DNA of 64,000 nucleotides from Octopus sinensis (GCF_006345805.1 NC_043007.1:52886001-52950000), one strand, 5' to 3'; shown: positions 1-14,224, counted from the first letter of the stretch. The notes: a model not told the origin generated them from the letters alone. Program-made: numbers and translations.

Positions 1-163
1 GAACCCTTTCTTTAATTATGTTCCAAATATCACATTAATATGTTGATAAGTAGAAAAAAGTTACAGTAGTTTAATGAAACTAGTCTAAATTCATGATTAT
101 TTTAGAATTTAATTGAAACTCATGAGGGGGTGTGTTTTGGTCAGAAATATACTAACGAAAGGG
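1..163. mobile_element. Right end of a piggyBac-like element, same family as 42452-43532
   Basis: Closely matches 43374-43532. Ends TAACGAAAGGG followed by TTAA (164-167). Confidence 0.8.
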
Positions 164-821
164 TTAATCAAGTTTTTGGTCATGTCACCCTAAATGAACT
201 GAGACAGTTTAGAGTAGTGAGGACTCATTTATATTGTAGAGTACAAGATAACCTCGCTAGTGTTGGTGTCATGATAATGTGCACATAGCACACTCTGGAA
301 AGTGATTAACAAATGAACAAATACATAGTGTGGAGAGGACTCTTGTCTTGATGAGGATAAGGACATGACAACCTCTCATTTGATTGTGCTATGATAAAAT
401 GTACCTAGTATAACTTATAAAGTGACCAACTAACAAGCAGATATGTGTGGATCAAGCGTACCCTTTCATCTTGCCTTATTAAAGACGCAACTTATCTCTC
501 TGATGCTGGTCCAATGATAAAATGCACTTGGTACATTCTGTAAAGTGGTTTGCTGAAAAGGCAGAGGTGACATAAGTTGCCAACTTTTCTAGTGCTGGTG
601 ACATGATATAAGGCACCAGTGGATAAAGTTGAAAAGAGCATTTAGCTATCAAAACTCCATCAACAACAGAACATACAAGCCAGGTGTAATCTCTGACCCA
701 TCTAGGAAGACAATAACTCTGATTAAGAACTAACTTAAACTGCAAAAACCCATCCAACCAATGTCAGCATGAAAAGCAAGTGTAAAATGATGAGGCAAAA
801 TGATTTTAAAATTCAATTTAC

Positions 822-871
822 CTTAATTTAGTTTTCCGCTCCTCATGGAATCGTTCAACAAATCTGTTTGC
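822..871 (-). CDS. VPS54: VPS54 internal exon (50 nt, ANRFVERFHEERKTKL)
   Basis: Acceptor tatag, donor gtaaat. Peptide matches vertebrate VPS54 AIKFVNRFHEERKTKL as remembered. Phase 0 start fits the preceding exon. Confidence 0.9.
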
Positions 872-1611
872 CTATAATTTGGATTAAAAAATACAAAGAA
901 AATATTAACTCTAATGGAAAATATTGGTTCTATAAGAAAAAAAAAATCACTTTGAACAAAAAAGATTAGATTTTTTCACCATCTTTATTTTCTAAACTAT
1001 TTTCTTTCTTGTACTATGACCCAATTTCTCCTTGTATATGATCCAATTTCTCCAAGTAAATAACACATCTGTTGCAAGTTAGTTAAATTGCGAAATACAT
1101 TTTAAAACTTTAGGGATTAAACAGTGAACAAACAGCAGTACCATGGACTTTTGCAGAGCCTCGTAGACTGATTGTATAAAGTGAACATGAAATTAGGGCG
1201 GTGAGTTATTGGTGTAGGAAACAGTTATTAGGTTACTGGAGTGTGAGTTGTGGAATGAGTCACTGGGTTACTGGAGTTGAGGTAGATCAGAAGCAATTAT
1301 TGGATTATTGGAGTTGGAGTAAGTAAAAATATAGCAAGTCAAATTCTTGACAAAATGCAAATAAAATCACCTTTCAAAATATGCAAACCAAAAACATCTC
1401 AGTTAATATGAAAGCTATATATCATAATATCAGTAACCTGCAAATAAAAGAAGCTATTCCAATACGAAAAAAGAAATGCAATCCAACAATTAACAACCAG
1501 ATAGAATATAATGAATCCAAGGAGAACTCTATGGCTCACAATAGTTGAGCCAGTTCATTCTCATACCACCACACTCTGACACTTGACTACAGAACACAAC
1601 CCAAGAACAAA

Positions 1612-1790
1612 ATGGGTCATCTTCAAGACTCCAATTCTCTCCTAAATTCAGCTGCCCACTTTTGCACTGTTAATAAAGTTGGAGGGTCATCCTATAATGT
1701 AGCGACCATGTTAGTATGAATGTTCCTGGGAACTAAACTCTTTCTCTGTAGGTACTTGATAACACCATGATGCCAAGTCAAGTTTTCCAT
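1612..1790 (-). mobile_element. mariner transposase N-terminal fragment
   Basis: Minus strand reads MENLTWHHGVIKYLQRKSLVPRNIHTNMVATL*DDPPTLLTVQKWAAEFRR, then LEDDP after a shift. This is a typical mariner helix-turn-helix region. Confidence 0.75.
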
Positions 1791-1934
1791 ATTTTTATAT
1801 TTAAATGATGAGACATAGTTGTAAAATCAGAGTTTGAAAGATGTTGCACAGAATCCTATGTAATGGCATTTATTATTTGTAGTCTTCTTATAATTTTTAT
1901 AGCTGTTGTTTTTGGTGTAACTACACCTCCTATT

Positions 1935-2330
1935 GTTATGCTTGTTATTATTACACTTAGTTTTATTCCTATCATTTTCATTATTATTATTATTATTATT
2001 GGTTCTAGCCCTATCTTTACTTCTAGCTGAATCACTGATGCCCATCTCTAATATTTCTCTTACTATTTTCATTATTTTTATTAGTACGCTTATTATCATT
2101 TTGATTTTTACAAGTTTCAATATACTTGCTGCTATTAGTGTTGCTTTTACCACGATTTTCATGTTAAGTATCACCATTACAAATATTGTTAATATTTCAA
2201 TATCTGCTATTATTATTCTTATTATTATTATTGTTATTCTTATTATTATGGTCATTCTTATTATCATTATCCTTATTCTTGTTATCTGTATCATTATTAT
2301 CCTTATTATTATTATTATTGCTATTTTGTG
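1935..2330. repeat. Degenerate (ATT)n trinucleotide tract
   Basis: Runs of attattatt. Gives spurious poly-Ile/Leu ORFs on both strands. Confidence 0.85.
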
Positions 2331-2605
2331 TGGCAAGCAGTCCTATCTAGGTGTAACAGTACTTCTCCAATATCAGGGGTAGAGTGAGAAAAGGAACTCT
2401 AAAAAAAGTGTTGCTTTCAATAAGCTTGGCATTAACTGTAGATGTCTAGCCATCCAGTCTAATGCAGTTAAGATAAAGATAGGAAAAATAAAAGAAGCAT
2501 ACTAATCTTTGGTTGTTGGAATGAAAGAACTTTAAAAGACAGCAGAGACAGCCTAGAATGAAAAGCAGCACTAATTGTGAAGGTAATCGGCTCTGATAAT
2601 GCAGC

Positions 2606-2829
2606 AAGCTGGCAGAAACGTTAGCATACCGAGCGAAATGCTTAGCGGTATTTCGTCTGCGTTACGTTGTGAGTTCAAATTCTGCCGAGGTCGACTTTGC
2701 CTTTCATCCTTTCGGGGTCGATAAATTAAGTACCAGTTACGCACTGGGGTCGATGTAATCGACTTAATACCTATGTCTGTCCTTGTTTGTCCTCTATGTG
2801 TTTAGCCCCTTGTGGGTAATAAAGAAATA
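2606..2829 (+). mobile_element. tRNA-derived SINE (Nin/Deu-like core) with 17-bp target-site duplication
   Basis: B-box-like GAGTTCAAATTC and core gaggtcgactttgcctttcatcctttcggggtcgat. Flanked by ggctctgataatgcagc at 2589-2605 and 2830-2846. Confidence 0.85.
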
Positions 2830-2949
2830 GGCTCTGATAATGCAGCTCTAAGTGAAACCAGACACTGGTGAATTAGAAAAAGTTGGAAGTGGCTATACCT
2901 TTTTTTTTGGAGTGGAAAGCCAGCAGATGAACCAAGAATTCATGGTGTT

Positions 2950-4930
2950 GGCTTTGCCACTAAATCAACTCTACTTGGCAAATTGCCAGCAACCCTCAAG
3001 CTGTTGATGATCATCTCTTGACATTCCATATCCCAATAAGTAAATCCTCATCTATGCACATTATCAGTGCATATGCACCTACTTTATCAGCATGTGAACA
3101 GGAACACAACATCCTCTATTCTGCAGACAGTTATCAGTAAAATTCTATACCTTGGCGAAATTATACTGATGGACAATTTTAATGCCACAATAGGCAACAA
3201 ACAGTGTGATCAAGAGTAATAGGAAAGCATGGAGTAGGAATGATGAATGAAAGCAGTTTATGACAGCTGTCTTTTTGTCAACAGTTTGGTCTAACAATCA
3301 CTAACACCGTTTCAACAGGCAGATAAATATAAAAACACCTAGAAGTATCCCTGAACTGGTAACTGGCATGTGCTTGACTATGTTATAACTAAGAACAAGG
3401 ATTGCAGTAATTTCAGATTAACCAGAACTCACAAAACTGAGTGTTACTTGGATCACAGAATGGTTTGCAGTAAGGTATTTGTTAAACCATATACAAAGAG
3501 GCCACTGAGATCCAGTATATTTCTGAGAATAAAGATCTCTTCCTTAAAAATTCAGAAATGACAAAAAAATTTTGAAATCCATTTAAATTCAAAGTTTGCA
3601 AAAATAGAGGAAAGCAATGACCCTGAAGTTTTGTGGTACAATATTTGTGACAGTATCAAACCATCTGCTGAAGAAGCTCTAGGATCCATCAAACACAAGC
3701 ACCAAGATTGGTTTGCTAAGAATGGTTCTCAAATTAAACATCTCTAAGAAACTATGCACAAAAGATACAAGGCATGGATCTCAGACAAAATCTCACCAAC
3801 AGTCAGATCTCAATACATCTCCTCTAAGAAGAAAAAACTGTGTGAGATGAAAATTTCTTGGTGGGCAAAAAAACCTTGAGAGCATTGTATGACAATCTGA
3901 AAGGTACATTTTGTCCCAAAAAAGGTGGTACAGGGCCTATTCTTTCTAATGATGGAATAAAACTATTAGGTAACAAAGATGAGATTCTGAAATGATGGGC
4001 TGAACACTTTAAATCTGTATTAAATCAAGAATCTACTACCGATTCTGAAGTAATCAATGAAATCTTTCAATGGCCTATAATTGAGGAACATGCGGAAGAC
4101 CCTTCCTTGAAAGCTTTTAAACAACTTTCCAATGGTAAGCTCTTGGACAAAATGGTATTCCCATAGAAGTGTACAAACATGGTGGTAAATAACTTGTAAG
4201 AAAGCTACACAAATTGATCTGTTTGATGTGGGAAACTGGATTTGTTCCCCAACAGTGCAAAGATGGATCTATAATGCATTTGTACAAAAACAAGGAGAAG
4301 AAGAGTGCATATGATAATTGCAGGGGGATAAGTTTGTTGTGCATAGCTGGAAAAATTCTTGTGAAGATGATTCTTAACTACATCAATAAACATGTAATAA
4401 ACAGCATATATCCTGAATCCCATATGGATTTTGGGCTGGGAAAGGCACAGTTGACATGATTTTTGCCGTCCAGCAAGTTCAAGGAAAAGCACATGAACAA
4501 AATACTGACATGCACATGGTCTTTGTTGACTTGATCAAGGCCTTTAATACAATGAATCGTGAGGCACTCTGGAAAATTTTGTCAAAAGTTGGTCTTCCTG
4601 ATAAAATGAAAAGGGTAATAGCATAAAGGAATGATGGCAACAGTGATATCAGTGTCCAAGGCTATAAATTCTTTTGGAAAACTTGCCTATTGTTTGTGGG
4701 ATGAACATAGTGTCAACCTGAAAACTAAAATAAGTGTGTACAAATCTCGTATTTTGAGCATACATGGACTACCTACTGCAAACATATAAAGAAGCTTGAA
4801 ACCTTTCACATGTGCAGTCTATGCAATATCTACAACATAAAATGGCAAGATAGTCTAAGAAAAATGTGAAATCTCTAGTATCCAAAGCATGCTACTGAGA
4901 ATTCAGTGCAGGCTACACTTTCAGGTTTTT
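2950..4930 (+). mobile_element. Degraded RTE/BovB-like LINE (endonuclease plus RT relic)
   Basis: Motifs WHVLDYVIT, DNCRGISLLCIAGKIL, VFVDLIKAFNTMNREALWKIL. Many stops and frameshifts. Confidence 0.8.
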
Positions 4931-5034
4931 TGGATAAAGTTTTCAGAAATAACCCAATAGGTTTACCATTAATTCAATGAAATATTCACGGGTCCTGCTA
5001 ATTTTTATTATTATTATAATTCTTCAAGGTGGAG

Positions 5035-5700
5035 AGCTGGTCAGACTCATTAGCATGCCAGGTAAAATACTTAGCAGCATTTCGTTTCTTTATGTTCTGA
5101 GCTCAAATTCTGCTGAGGTTAACTTTACATTTCATCCTTTTGGGGGTGAAAAATTAAGTACCAGTTGAATACTGGGGTCAATGTAATCAACTAACACACA
5201 CAAAGAAATTTTAGGTCTTGTGCCTCTAGAAGAAAGAATTATCATAATAATTCTTGTCATTGTTGCTATTTTGGTTTGGCTCAGGTTCAGTCTTATTCCT
5301 GGTAAGATTTATGTGGGTAGCAGGTTACTACCTGTAACCTTAGGTCTTCACAAGTTTTCAACTGTCTTTCAAATGCTTAGAACCCTCCTGATAATCCTTG
5401 CTATCTCTAAGAGGCAAACTTTCTGTAGGAGCTCTACCGGGCATTCTGTTCCAATCTCCTTCAGCCACTTGTCTATATCTTTGCAGCGAGCTGGCAGAAT
5501 TGTTAGCACACTATATGAAATACTTAGCAGTATTTTGCCCATTGCTACAATCTGAGTTCAAATTCCGCAGAAGTCAGCTTTACCTTTCATCCTTTTTTGG
5601 GGGGGGGGGGGAGTCAATAAAATAAGTACCAGCTGAACACTGGGGTCAATGTAATCGACTCATCCCCTCCTCATAAACTGTTGCCCTTGAGGCAAAATCT
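5035..5700 (+). mobile_element. Two older copies of the Nin/Deu-like SINE (about 5035-5230 and 5485-5700)
   Basis: Both repeat gagctggcaga...gttagca...ttcaaattc...tttcatcctttt...aagtaccag...ctggggtcaatgtaatc as seen at 2606. Confidence 0.75.
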
Positions 5701-5769
5701 GAAACTATTATCATTATTATTAACACCATCATTATTATCTTTATTTGCTTAGGTCTGTTGTGTCCCTTA

Positions 5770-7150
5770 GTCAGAACTGCCTAAGTGTCTATAAGTGGTG
5801 TGAGAAGCCATTACTTGTGCCAGATTCTTAGTTGTGGAGTATGCAAACTTTACCAAGTGCATATTAAATAATCTTGCATATTGGCTTGATGGTAGGAAAT
5901 GTTCCTCTAGTGCAACAAAGAATTTCCCCAGGATATTTGTAGCAATTTGGACCCTGAAGGGAGCATTATACAACACTACTGGTTTAGATTTATCCTTTTT
6001 ATTCTAAGAGTTAATATATTCCCCTTCTCCATTTCATCATGGGTTGGTTCGCTCACATCCTGAGTTGTGCTACTTCAATTATTACAGCTGTCCCTATCTT
6101 CACTATAGCTGTCTACCTCTGGCTTCCAGTTATTAAAATTAGATCTATCATAATTGGGGGACAGTTTATATCTATCCATGAATGAACTCGGATTCCTATC
6201 TTTCTGAGATGTATTATTACGTACGCTTATCTTGTCTAACTTTCCATTTGTTGGGAGTATTACAGTGTTCATGGGCCTGACAAAACCATGCTTGTTATAA
6301 TTAAACTTCTTGTATCCTTTGGTTCTAGTTCTGGAATGTTTTCTTCTATTATTGCTATGGTAAAATGCCAGTTAAACTTTTTAACATTAGTATTCTTTAC
6401 CAGATCACTGTTTGTATGTATTTAATTTTTCTGCAGTAAACCACAGTCATTAGGGCCAGGTCATAATATCTCTCATGCTTTTTAAATATGTCTTCATTCG
6501 CAGAGAGTTTAGATATTCTAATTGACACTCTTCTTTACGACAGTGTTTATAGTGCTTTTAGGATGATTTGAGTTGCAGTTGACATATTGAAGGTTTTCAT
6601 TTGACTTGTGGAATGGATGATGCAGTTCTGTGCTAAGGCTGAGTGTTGTAACTAAAAAATAAATTTTACTGCGTGCATTTTCTATAGATATTAAGATTGA
6701 ATTATTTAAATAATTTAGTAAGTTTTTTCTTAAACCTTTCCATGTTACTTTTGCTGCAATTTTGAGTAGTAAACAGTACATCATCTCAGTACAATCTCCT
6801 CTCTTAATTCAGAGAACGCCCTGCTTATGCATTTTTTGTACATTTTACTTCAAGGTATCTTGTGTTTTTTACTTCAGTGTATGTTATCCTGGTTACTTTA
6901 CATTATCTAACTTTATTTTATTTTATTCTATTGATTTTACTTTATGCTACTTCATTACATTTTTTGTTTTATATTTTTATTTTCTTATCTTTATCTCTTA
7001 ATTTTTTATTTCCTTATTTTGTTTATTCAAATAACTAAAAACGTAAGATACCTTCTATTTGTATATCCAAGTAAGTTGGTGATTTCAATGCTAGGGAATC
7101 CAATCTAAGTAATCATAAACAGTGCCCTAAATATCATAATACTTCACCAG
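5770..7150 (-). mobile_element. Penelope-like element relic (RT C-terminal region)
   Basis: GLY*DDVL (cf. GLYRDDGL), HKSNENLQYVNCNSNHPKS, and YNAPFRVQIATNILGKFF...FNMHLVKFAYS (cf. WFNPPFS...FNRNTVKVSYS). Confidence 0.75.
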
Positions 7151-7446
7151 AAACCAGCCGCTAAAGAAGTTGGTGGGTATCAGATTTTGTAACTAGATGT
7201 TATTACTATTTGACCAAGGTAAGAGACAGCAATAGATTAAAGCTGGTGGCTGGAAACCATAATTTCATACAGAGAAAACAATGGCCAGTTCTCCACTCTC
7301 TTCCTTTCTATTCTTATTTCTTTTCTCTTCTCTTTTCTATTTCCTTTAGTACTTGATGTGCTGGGCTCCCAAGAGTCTGTCCATTCGTAAGTACATACAT
7401 AGATTCATACATACACATTATATATATGTGTGTGTGTGTGTGATAG

Positions 7447-9202
7447 ATGGCGAAGATCATGGCGACAGTGCTCAAATCCATCCTGGGAAAGGTAGATAGG
7501 ATAAGAAGGGTCACCAATTCCTATATAGATGACATCTTAGTGGACAAGATTGTAGTGCCTATCACTGAGGCTGTGAGATATCTGAAGAAGTTTGGTTTAA
7601 TTGTGAAGCCACCGGAGCCAATGGCTGGAGGAGCTGCACTGAGGCTGAATATTCAAAGAAACAGAACAGGCATGTTAGTGTTTTGGAAGGGGAATGAAAT
7701 CCCGAAGCTTGGTACCAATGTCAGCAGGAGAAAACTATTCTCAATATATGCGGGAAATTAGTAGGTCAATACCCGATCGCGGGGTGGCTGCATACGGCAT
7801 GCAGTTTACACCAAGGGGAGAACTGGGGTGACAAAATGGGAGAGGGGACAGTGCCAATGATGCGGGAAATCCTAGAGAGGATGAGAGTGGGAGACCCAGT
7901 CAGGGCGAAGCGAACTGGTATGCGCCCAAATCAGATAACAGGACCATATGGTGTGATGCTAGTAGCAGAGTGATAGTAGTTGTGTTGGAAATCGGAGGTG
8001 CCAAAGTGGAGGACGCGGCCTGGCTTCAAAAAGCAGACAATTACAACCACATCAATGTCACTGCTGAAGGGGGTGAATTTGGTTTTGAAATAAGGGCTGT
8101 GTGTCATCGATATCTGGTCGGATTTGGCCACCATGCTTAGCTGGGTAGGATCAGTGATCACTCATGAGAAAAGGGTTTGAACCAAAAGGGCTGTGGAAAT
8201 GTTAGTGAAACACTGCCTAGCGGTTTTAGGAGAGCTGGTTGCCAAGTTTGGCCTGAAGCTGAATGTGGCCTTTGTGCCTTCAGAGAGAAAAAAGGCAGAC
8301 ATTCTAACCAGGGTGAAAAAGGCCTGGTTAGGGGAGCCAGAAGAATCAAAGCAAGGGGTAGCTGCAGTGTGTTAGTTAAATGACTCTGAACTAAGGAAAC
8401 TGCATGCCATGCATCATATGAACATAGATAGGACCCTGTATATCACCAGGAGGATTGACATCGATGTTGCTAGATGGAGCATCCGAAAGGTGATTGGGGA
8501 CTGTGACAGTTGTCAATCCATTGATCCTGCTCAAGATGTGCGTGAGCAGGGAAACATTTTGGAAGAGCACAACTGGAGATGACTGGTAGTGGATGTGACA
8601 CACTAGAGAGGTGCTCTGTGGACAAATTGCTAATGGACAATAGCACAGCATTTCTTTCAGAGGTGCTGAAGGAGATGCTTGACTAGTGGAAAGTGTACCA
8701 CTTTTTCAGAGCAGCATATAGACTGAGTGGAAATGGGATTGTGGAAAGACATCATCAAACAATCAAGGACATGGTGGAAAGGGGACACATCTCGCCACTG
8801 GAAGCAGTATTCTGGTACAACATGTCACCCCAATCGAGAGAGGTTGAGGAGTCTGTGCCACATAGAGCAATATACAAATATGAATGGCGGCATCCAAGTA
8901 AACCATCAGAATGCCCTGTGGAAGAGAGAAGGCCCATCTTTATGGAGGTGAGAGATGAAGTCTGGGCCAAGTTGCTGAAGGCATGCTGCACATCTCAGTG
9001 AAACAGAGGAACAATGATGGCTGTCAATTCCAAAAACATTTCTATGGATGGAACGCCACATCATGTCATAGATGTTCTTTGGATTGTCGCTTCCTTGGAT
9101 GATGATTGTGGAGAGGAGGAAGAGAACAAGGTTCTCAGCTTGATAAGATCACAATGTGCAAGGCACTCACCCAGGTGGATGGTAGATTTCGACATGGAGT
9201 AA
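7447..9202 (+). mobile_element. Gypsy-type LTR retrotransposon pol relic (RT, RNase H, integrase order)
   Basis: SYIDDILV RT motif, an H..H..C..C zinc-finger-like stretch near 8400-8520, LLMDNSTAF, and SGNGIVERHHQTIK integrase core. Multiple frameshifts. LTRs not identified. Confidence 0.75.
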
Positions 9203-9563
9203 AGTGAGGAGGTGATCTTTGAGATCAGTGGGAGCATGTGGGGATGAGCCACAGGAAGAGGGTCGTGATGTCAATGACCAAGGGGTTGACTGGAAGAGGA
9301 AGTGCAAGAGGTTAAGTGGGGGCAGAAGAGTTAGCATCAGCCTCTTTTACCTCGTTGGAGGCATCGTGGATGGACGTTACTGAAGTCGCTCTCAGGTTTG
9401 GTTTATAGCAGTTGCTTATACTGGGTGACAGGGGTAGGTCAGGATTGTCGGAGAGATTATTGCTAGACAGGCGTTGATGAGAAGAAGATAGGTGAACCTC
9501 TTTTCATTTTCCCATGAAAGACAATATACAGACATACAGATGTATATATACGCAACAATAACT

Positions 9564-9890
9564 GGCACTCCATCAGTCACGACAATGAGGATTCCAATTG
9601 ATCTGATCAACAGAACAGCCTGCTAGTTAAATTAAAATGCATATGGTTGAGCACACCACAGACACATGCACCCTTAACATAGTTCTCAGGGAGATTCAGC
9701 GTGAAATAAAATGTGACCAGTTTGGCCCTTTGAAAACCAGATACTACTCATTTTTGCCAGCTGAGTGAACAGGAGCAATGTAAAATAAAGGGTCTTGCTC
9801 AAGGACACAACACACCACCAGAAACCAAACTTATGCCTTTACGATCATAAGCCAAATATCCTAACCACTTAGCCATATGCCTTTACCTTA
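9564..9890 (-). mobile_element. tRNA-derived SINE; 3' half related to 17796-18172
   Basis: Reverse complement shares aactatgttaagggtgcatgtgtctgtgg...agcaggctgttc with the 17796 SINE. tRNA-like head near 9890. Confidence 0.7.
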
Positions 9891-10249
9891 CATATACACA
9901 CATACACGTATCATTAGAGAAAGACAATCTGCTTTTACTTGACACTGTTAGAGGAGGAAGAACTGAAGCCCAACCCATGCCAACATGGGACATGGACACT
10001 AAATGATGATGATGATGAGGAGGAGGAGGAGGATATGTTACACTCTGTTTTGGATAGCTTGGTATGGTTGTGATTAGATTGGTTTCCCTACAAAGATATA
10101 CATTGATCAGTCATAGATGTACTGGATGCTTCCCACTGGAACGATCACATGCCATGGAAAACAGAGATGGGTCAAATGAATGTAGGCAATTTGATATGAT
10201 GATAATTATGAAGTCAAAAGAAGACTAAATGAAAAGAACTTTAACTAAC

Positions 10250-10381
10250 CTGGCTCTGCAAACTTCCTCGAAGAGATGTGCTCCTATGGCCACATTTTTT
10301 CATACAATCACTTACAAATGTTTCCACTTCTCGTGATAAAGTGACAAACTCACTTGACGTTAATTTTTCTAAAAATCCATC
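10250..10381 (-). CDS. VPS54: VPS54 internal exon (132 nt, DGFLEKLTSSEFVTLSREVETFVSDCMKKCGHRSTSLRGSLQSQ)
   Basis: Acceptor tgtttacag, donor gttagt. Matches vertebrate VPS54 DGFLEKLNSMEFITLSRLMETF...CGRKSTSLLGALQSQ as remembered. Phase 0/0. Confidence 0.93.
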
Positions 10382-10665
10382 CTGTAAACAGACAAGAGAT
10401 ATTTTCAAATCCAATGTGCTTCAATTCATTTTGAAAATAATCAAAAGTTTGGAGGATTTAGTAAAATAATGTTCTTAATAATTCAAATATGAAGATGGTA
10501 CTTGACACATAACAAATATATATTGGTATATTTATAGGTGCAGGCATTGGTGTGTGTTCGAGAAGTTTGCTTCACAACCACATGGCTTCAGGTTCAGTCC
10601 CATTAGGTAGCACCTTGGATAGTTGTCTGAAAGTGGATTGGGTGTGTGTTTGTGCATATATATAT

Positions 10666-10701
<36 letters not shown>

Positions 10702-13700
10702 CACTCACACACATGCATACACACACATCATCATCATCATCATACATTTTTATCATCATTTAATGATCTTATGCAATACTGGCATAGGTTGAACAGTTTG
10801 ACAGAATCTGACTGGTCCAAAGACCATATTATGCTCCAATGTCTACTTCAGCAAGGTTTCTATTACTAGATGCCCTTCCTAACACCAACCACTTTACAGC
10901 ATGCACTGGGTGCTTTTTTTGTGCTCCCAGCACTTGATAGTTTGCCATACAGCTTGCAAACTCCTTTACTGAGTAGGGCTATAGTAGTGAAAGGTCCAGA
11001 ACAGAACAGGTTTCTTGCCATAAAGGAGCTACATGGCAACTCACATTATAGAAGAGAGATGGAGCTGGAAAGAGATGAAAATAGCAGTGGTAAGATAGCA
11101 GGGTGGACTCTCAAGATATATGGTGAGTAGAAGTGAATGGGGATGGAATATGAAATGTAGATGGGAAGAGGTTGTAAGAGTGTATGGGAGAGTGAGAGAT
11201 GGTTAGAGATGGGGAATAGGTGAGAGGGTAAATATAATGAAGAACAAGTATTCAGGGATCATAATAGGGGTGAAGAGGGTGTGAAGAGTACTAGAATAGC
11301 AATGATAATAATGGCTTCAAATTTTTCCACAAGGGCAGCAATTTTGGGGGAGGAGATGAGTCAATTACATTGACCCCAGTGTTTAACTGATACTTATTTT
11401 ATCAACCCCAAAAAGATGAAAAGCAAAGTCAACTTTGGCAGAACTCAACAAAATACCACTAAGCATTTTGTCCAGCACGCTAACAATTCTGCCAGCTCGC
11501 TGCCTTAATGATGATGATGATGATGATACAAATATAAATGGGGGCTGGAGGGCGCTTCAACCTGACTTGATGTATTTACACCTATTTGTCTACAGTGAGA
11601 ATTTTTCTCCATGGCAAAATACAGTGAATAACTTTCTTACAAGTTCAAATATGTCCCAAGCATATTTGAAATAGTAAAAAAGTTTGTATTTGTACATGTC
11701 ACTGCTTAGGGCTTCTAATCCTATAATGGTACAATAGAAGGAAAGAATGAGAAAGGATGAGAGAAAGGGAGAGAGACGACATGTGGTTGGATAGGTTGTG
11801 AGTATGGGGTAGACATAGTAGATAGGGAGAGGGTGAGATGAATAGTGGTGGAGAAGTGTGGATGATGGTGAATCTCAGTTTGTGGGGTGGTAAGGAAAAT
11901 AAGAGTAGGCCAGAGAAGATCAACAGTATAATATAGCTATAGACAGATGAGAATACGATTATGTGAAGTGTGGAGGAGAGATATGTACAGTAACAGAAAT
12001 GGAGATCAGAGGCACATATGGGAGAATATAGTGACAAAAGATTGTGTGTGTTTGTGCTTCCTAATCTTGATATGGAACATTTGTAAATGAATGTCACCAC
12101 CATACAAGCAGTGTCATTAATTTCTAGTCTTCCCCAAAGACATATTTGGTCTTGGGAAAAAATTACCTTGGTTGAAATAAGAGACAGTTAGCCACAAGAA
12201 GGGCATCCAGCTGTAGAAAAGCAGCCTCACTGAATTCCATCTGACCCATGCAAGCCTGTTATGATGATGATATTAAGATGTTTAGAATATAACTTAACAA
12301 AAGAAAAATACGTATTGGTATAATTAATATGGTGTTTGGAACATAAAATACAAATGTAATAGAAATTTTCTATCTAAAGATATCAGCTTCATTATTGTTT
12401 AAAGATGCTACCCTAATGTCATAATTAGACAAATTCTATAACTTGCTTTTAGGTCTACTATATATTGTTATGCCAAGATTTAGTTATGTCTTATCCTTCA
12501 TGTTTATAATCAAAAAAGACAAACTAAGATGATGCGTAATGTTTTTAAACAGATTTACCATGGCACCAACCTCACACACCATAAAACAAAGGAATCTTTG
12601 CTGCTCAATACTGTTTCCATTCAATCAGGACTATGTGATCAACAGAATGGGTGTATATATGCATGTATGTATGCATATATATACACACAAATGCACACGT
12701 GATTTTCAGTCAGTTCAGAGTTGTCCTATTTAGTATTTACAACTGATAACAGTATGAAGAGCTCAAAATATGTAGGGGTGTTCTTGAGGAAGAATTTCAT
12801 CATGGCAAACCACAGTGAAAATGACCTTTTTATATATCAACTATGTCCTCAGAATATTTTAACTAATCGTAAAGCTTGTTTATTTCCCAATAGCGCTTCG
12901 CATGCCAACCATTTATTTCACACACACACACTTACATACTCATATATACTATGCTTGCATGTATTCAGACACAATTTGTTGAGGTAGATTTTCTGCAGCT
13001 GGATGCTTTTTTTTGTCATTAACCATCACTTATTTCCAAGCAAGATATTATTTCCCTTGCCCAGATATATTTCTTACAAAAGACAGGACATGAACAACAG
13101 CCATCCTGTAATATGATGGTTGTAAACAAGGGCACACGCACATACGTACATACATACACAATGGATTTTTTTCAGCTTCCATCAGCCAAATCCACCCACA
13201 CAGCCCCAGGCTGAATGGGGCCACAGCAAAAGACACTTGCCCATTGTGTTATGCTGTGAGACTGAAACCACATGGCTGAGAAGCAATTTCCTTAACCAAG
13301 CAACACACATACACACACAAACCAATATAGTTTAAGAGATATTTCCCTCACCTCAACCATACAGTCTTAAAACTCAAGGACAATCACATGGTTTCAGTAC
13401 CTTGAGTGTTTCTATTATACACCCATTACAACCAGAGCTTTGTGTATGGATTTGGTGGACAGAAACTGAAAGAACCCATCATATGTATATATGAATCATT
13501 ATCTTGATATCATATGATGACTGGAAATGAGCATCATCATCATCATCATCATACAAATGACATTGTTTCTAATTTTCTGTGAAAAACATGTCTGAGCACA
13601 ATGAAATATTACCTTGCTTGAAACAGATGAGGGTTGGCAACAGGAAAGCACATGACTGTAGAAAATTTACTTCAACAAATTTCATCTGTCCTTACTGGCA

Positions 13701-14224
13701 TGGAAAAGTGATCATTAAAACAATGAGTATGATGTTTGAACTTTATCTCTTTCATATCATTTTATTTCATATAGCCTCTCCATTAAAACAACTCTTTTTG
13801 ATTTTGTAAGTTTTGCCTATAACTTAATTATATGTAAATTCTTTAATAAATAATATCTAAAAAGATTCATATCAGCATTTCTATGGCATTTAAACAAGAA
13901 TTTTGACAGATTAAGGTGCTAAAAATGTAGCCTGACAATTCACATGAGCCATGAATACAGAGTGAAATGAAACACTCATTATAAGATATATTAGAAAAAT
14001 TGGAGATGAAAGTTTTGTGCAGCAACTCCACACACCTGGTTTGAAGACTACATTGTCTAACATTTTACTCTATATTTAAGAGAACAAAGTGAGATAGTTT
14101 AAGGAAGATTTAACTGATATTTCTAGCAATGTGAAACACTATATAGAGACTATCTTGAGGTGGGAATGCATCTGCATGTAAAAATAAAAGTTCTGATTAT
14201 AAGCATTTTATTGAAATTACATAC

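Noticed and set aside
479-757. ORF starting MDGFL, resembling the VPS54 DGFLEK exon
   Set aside because: Comes from a SINE/RTE tail (ggttggatgg) with no acceptor. The true exon is 10250-10381.
1827-2382. 169-aa and 149-aa hydrophobic ORFs on opposite strands
   Set aside because: Translation of an (ATT)n tract, which has no stop codon in those frames.
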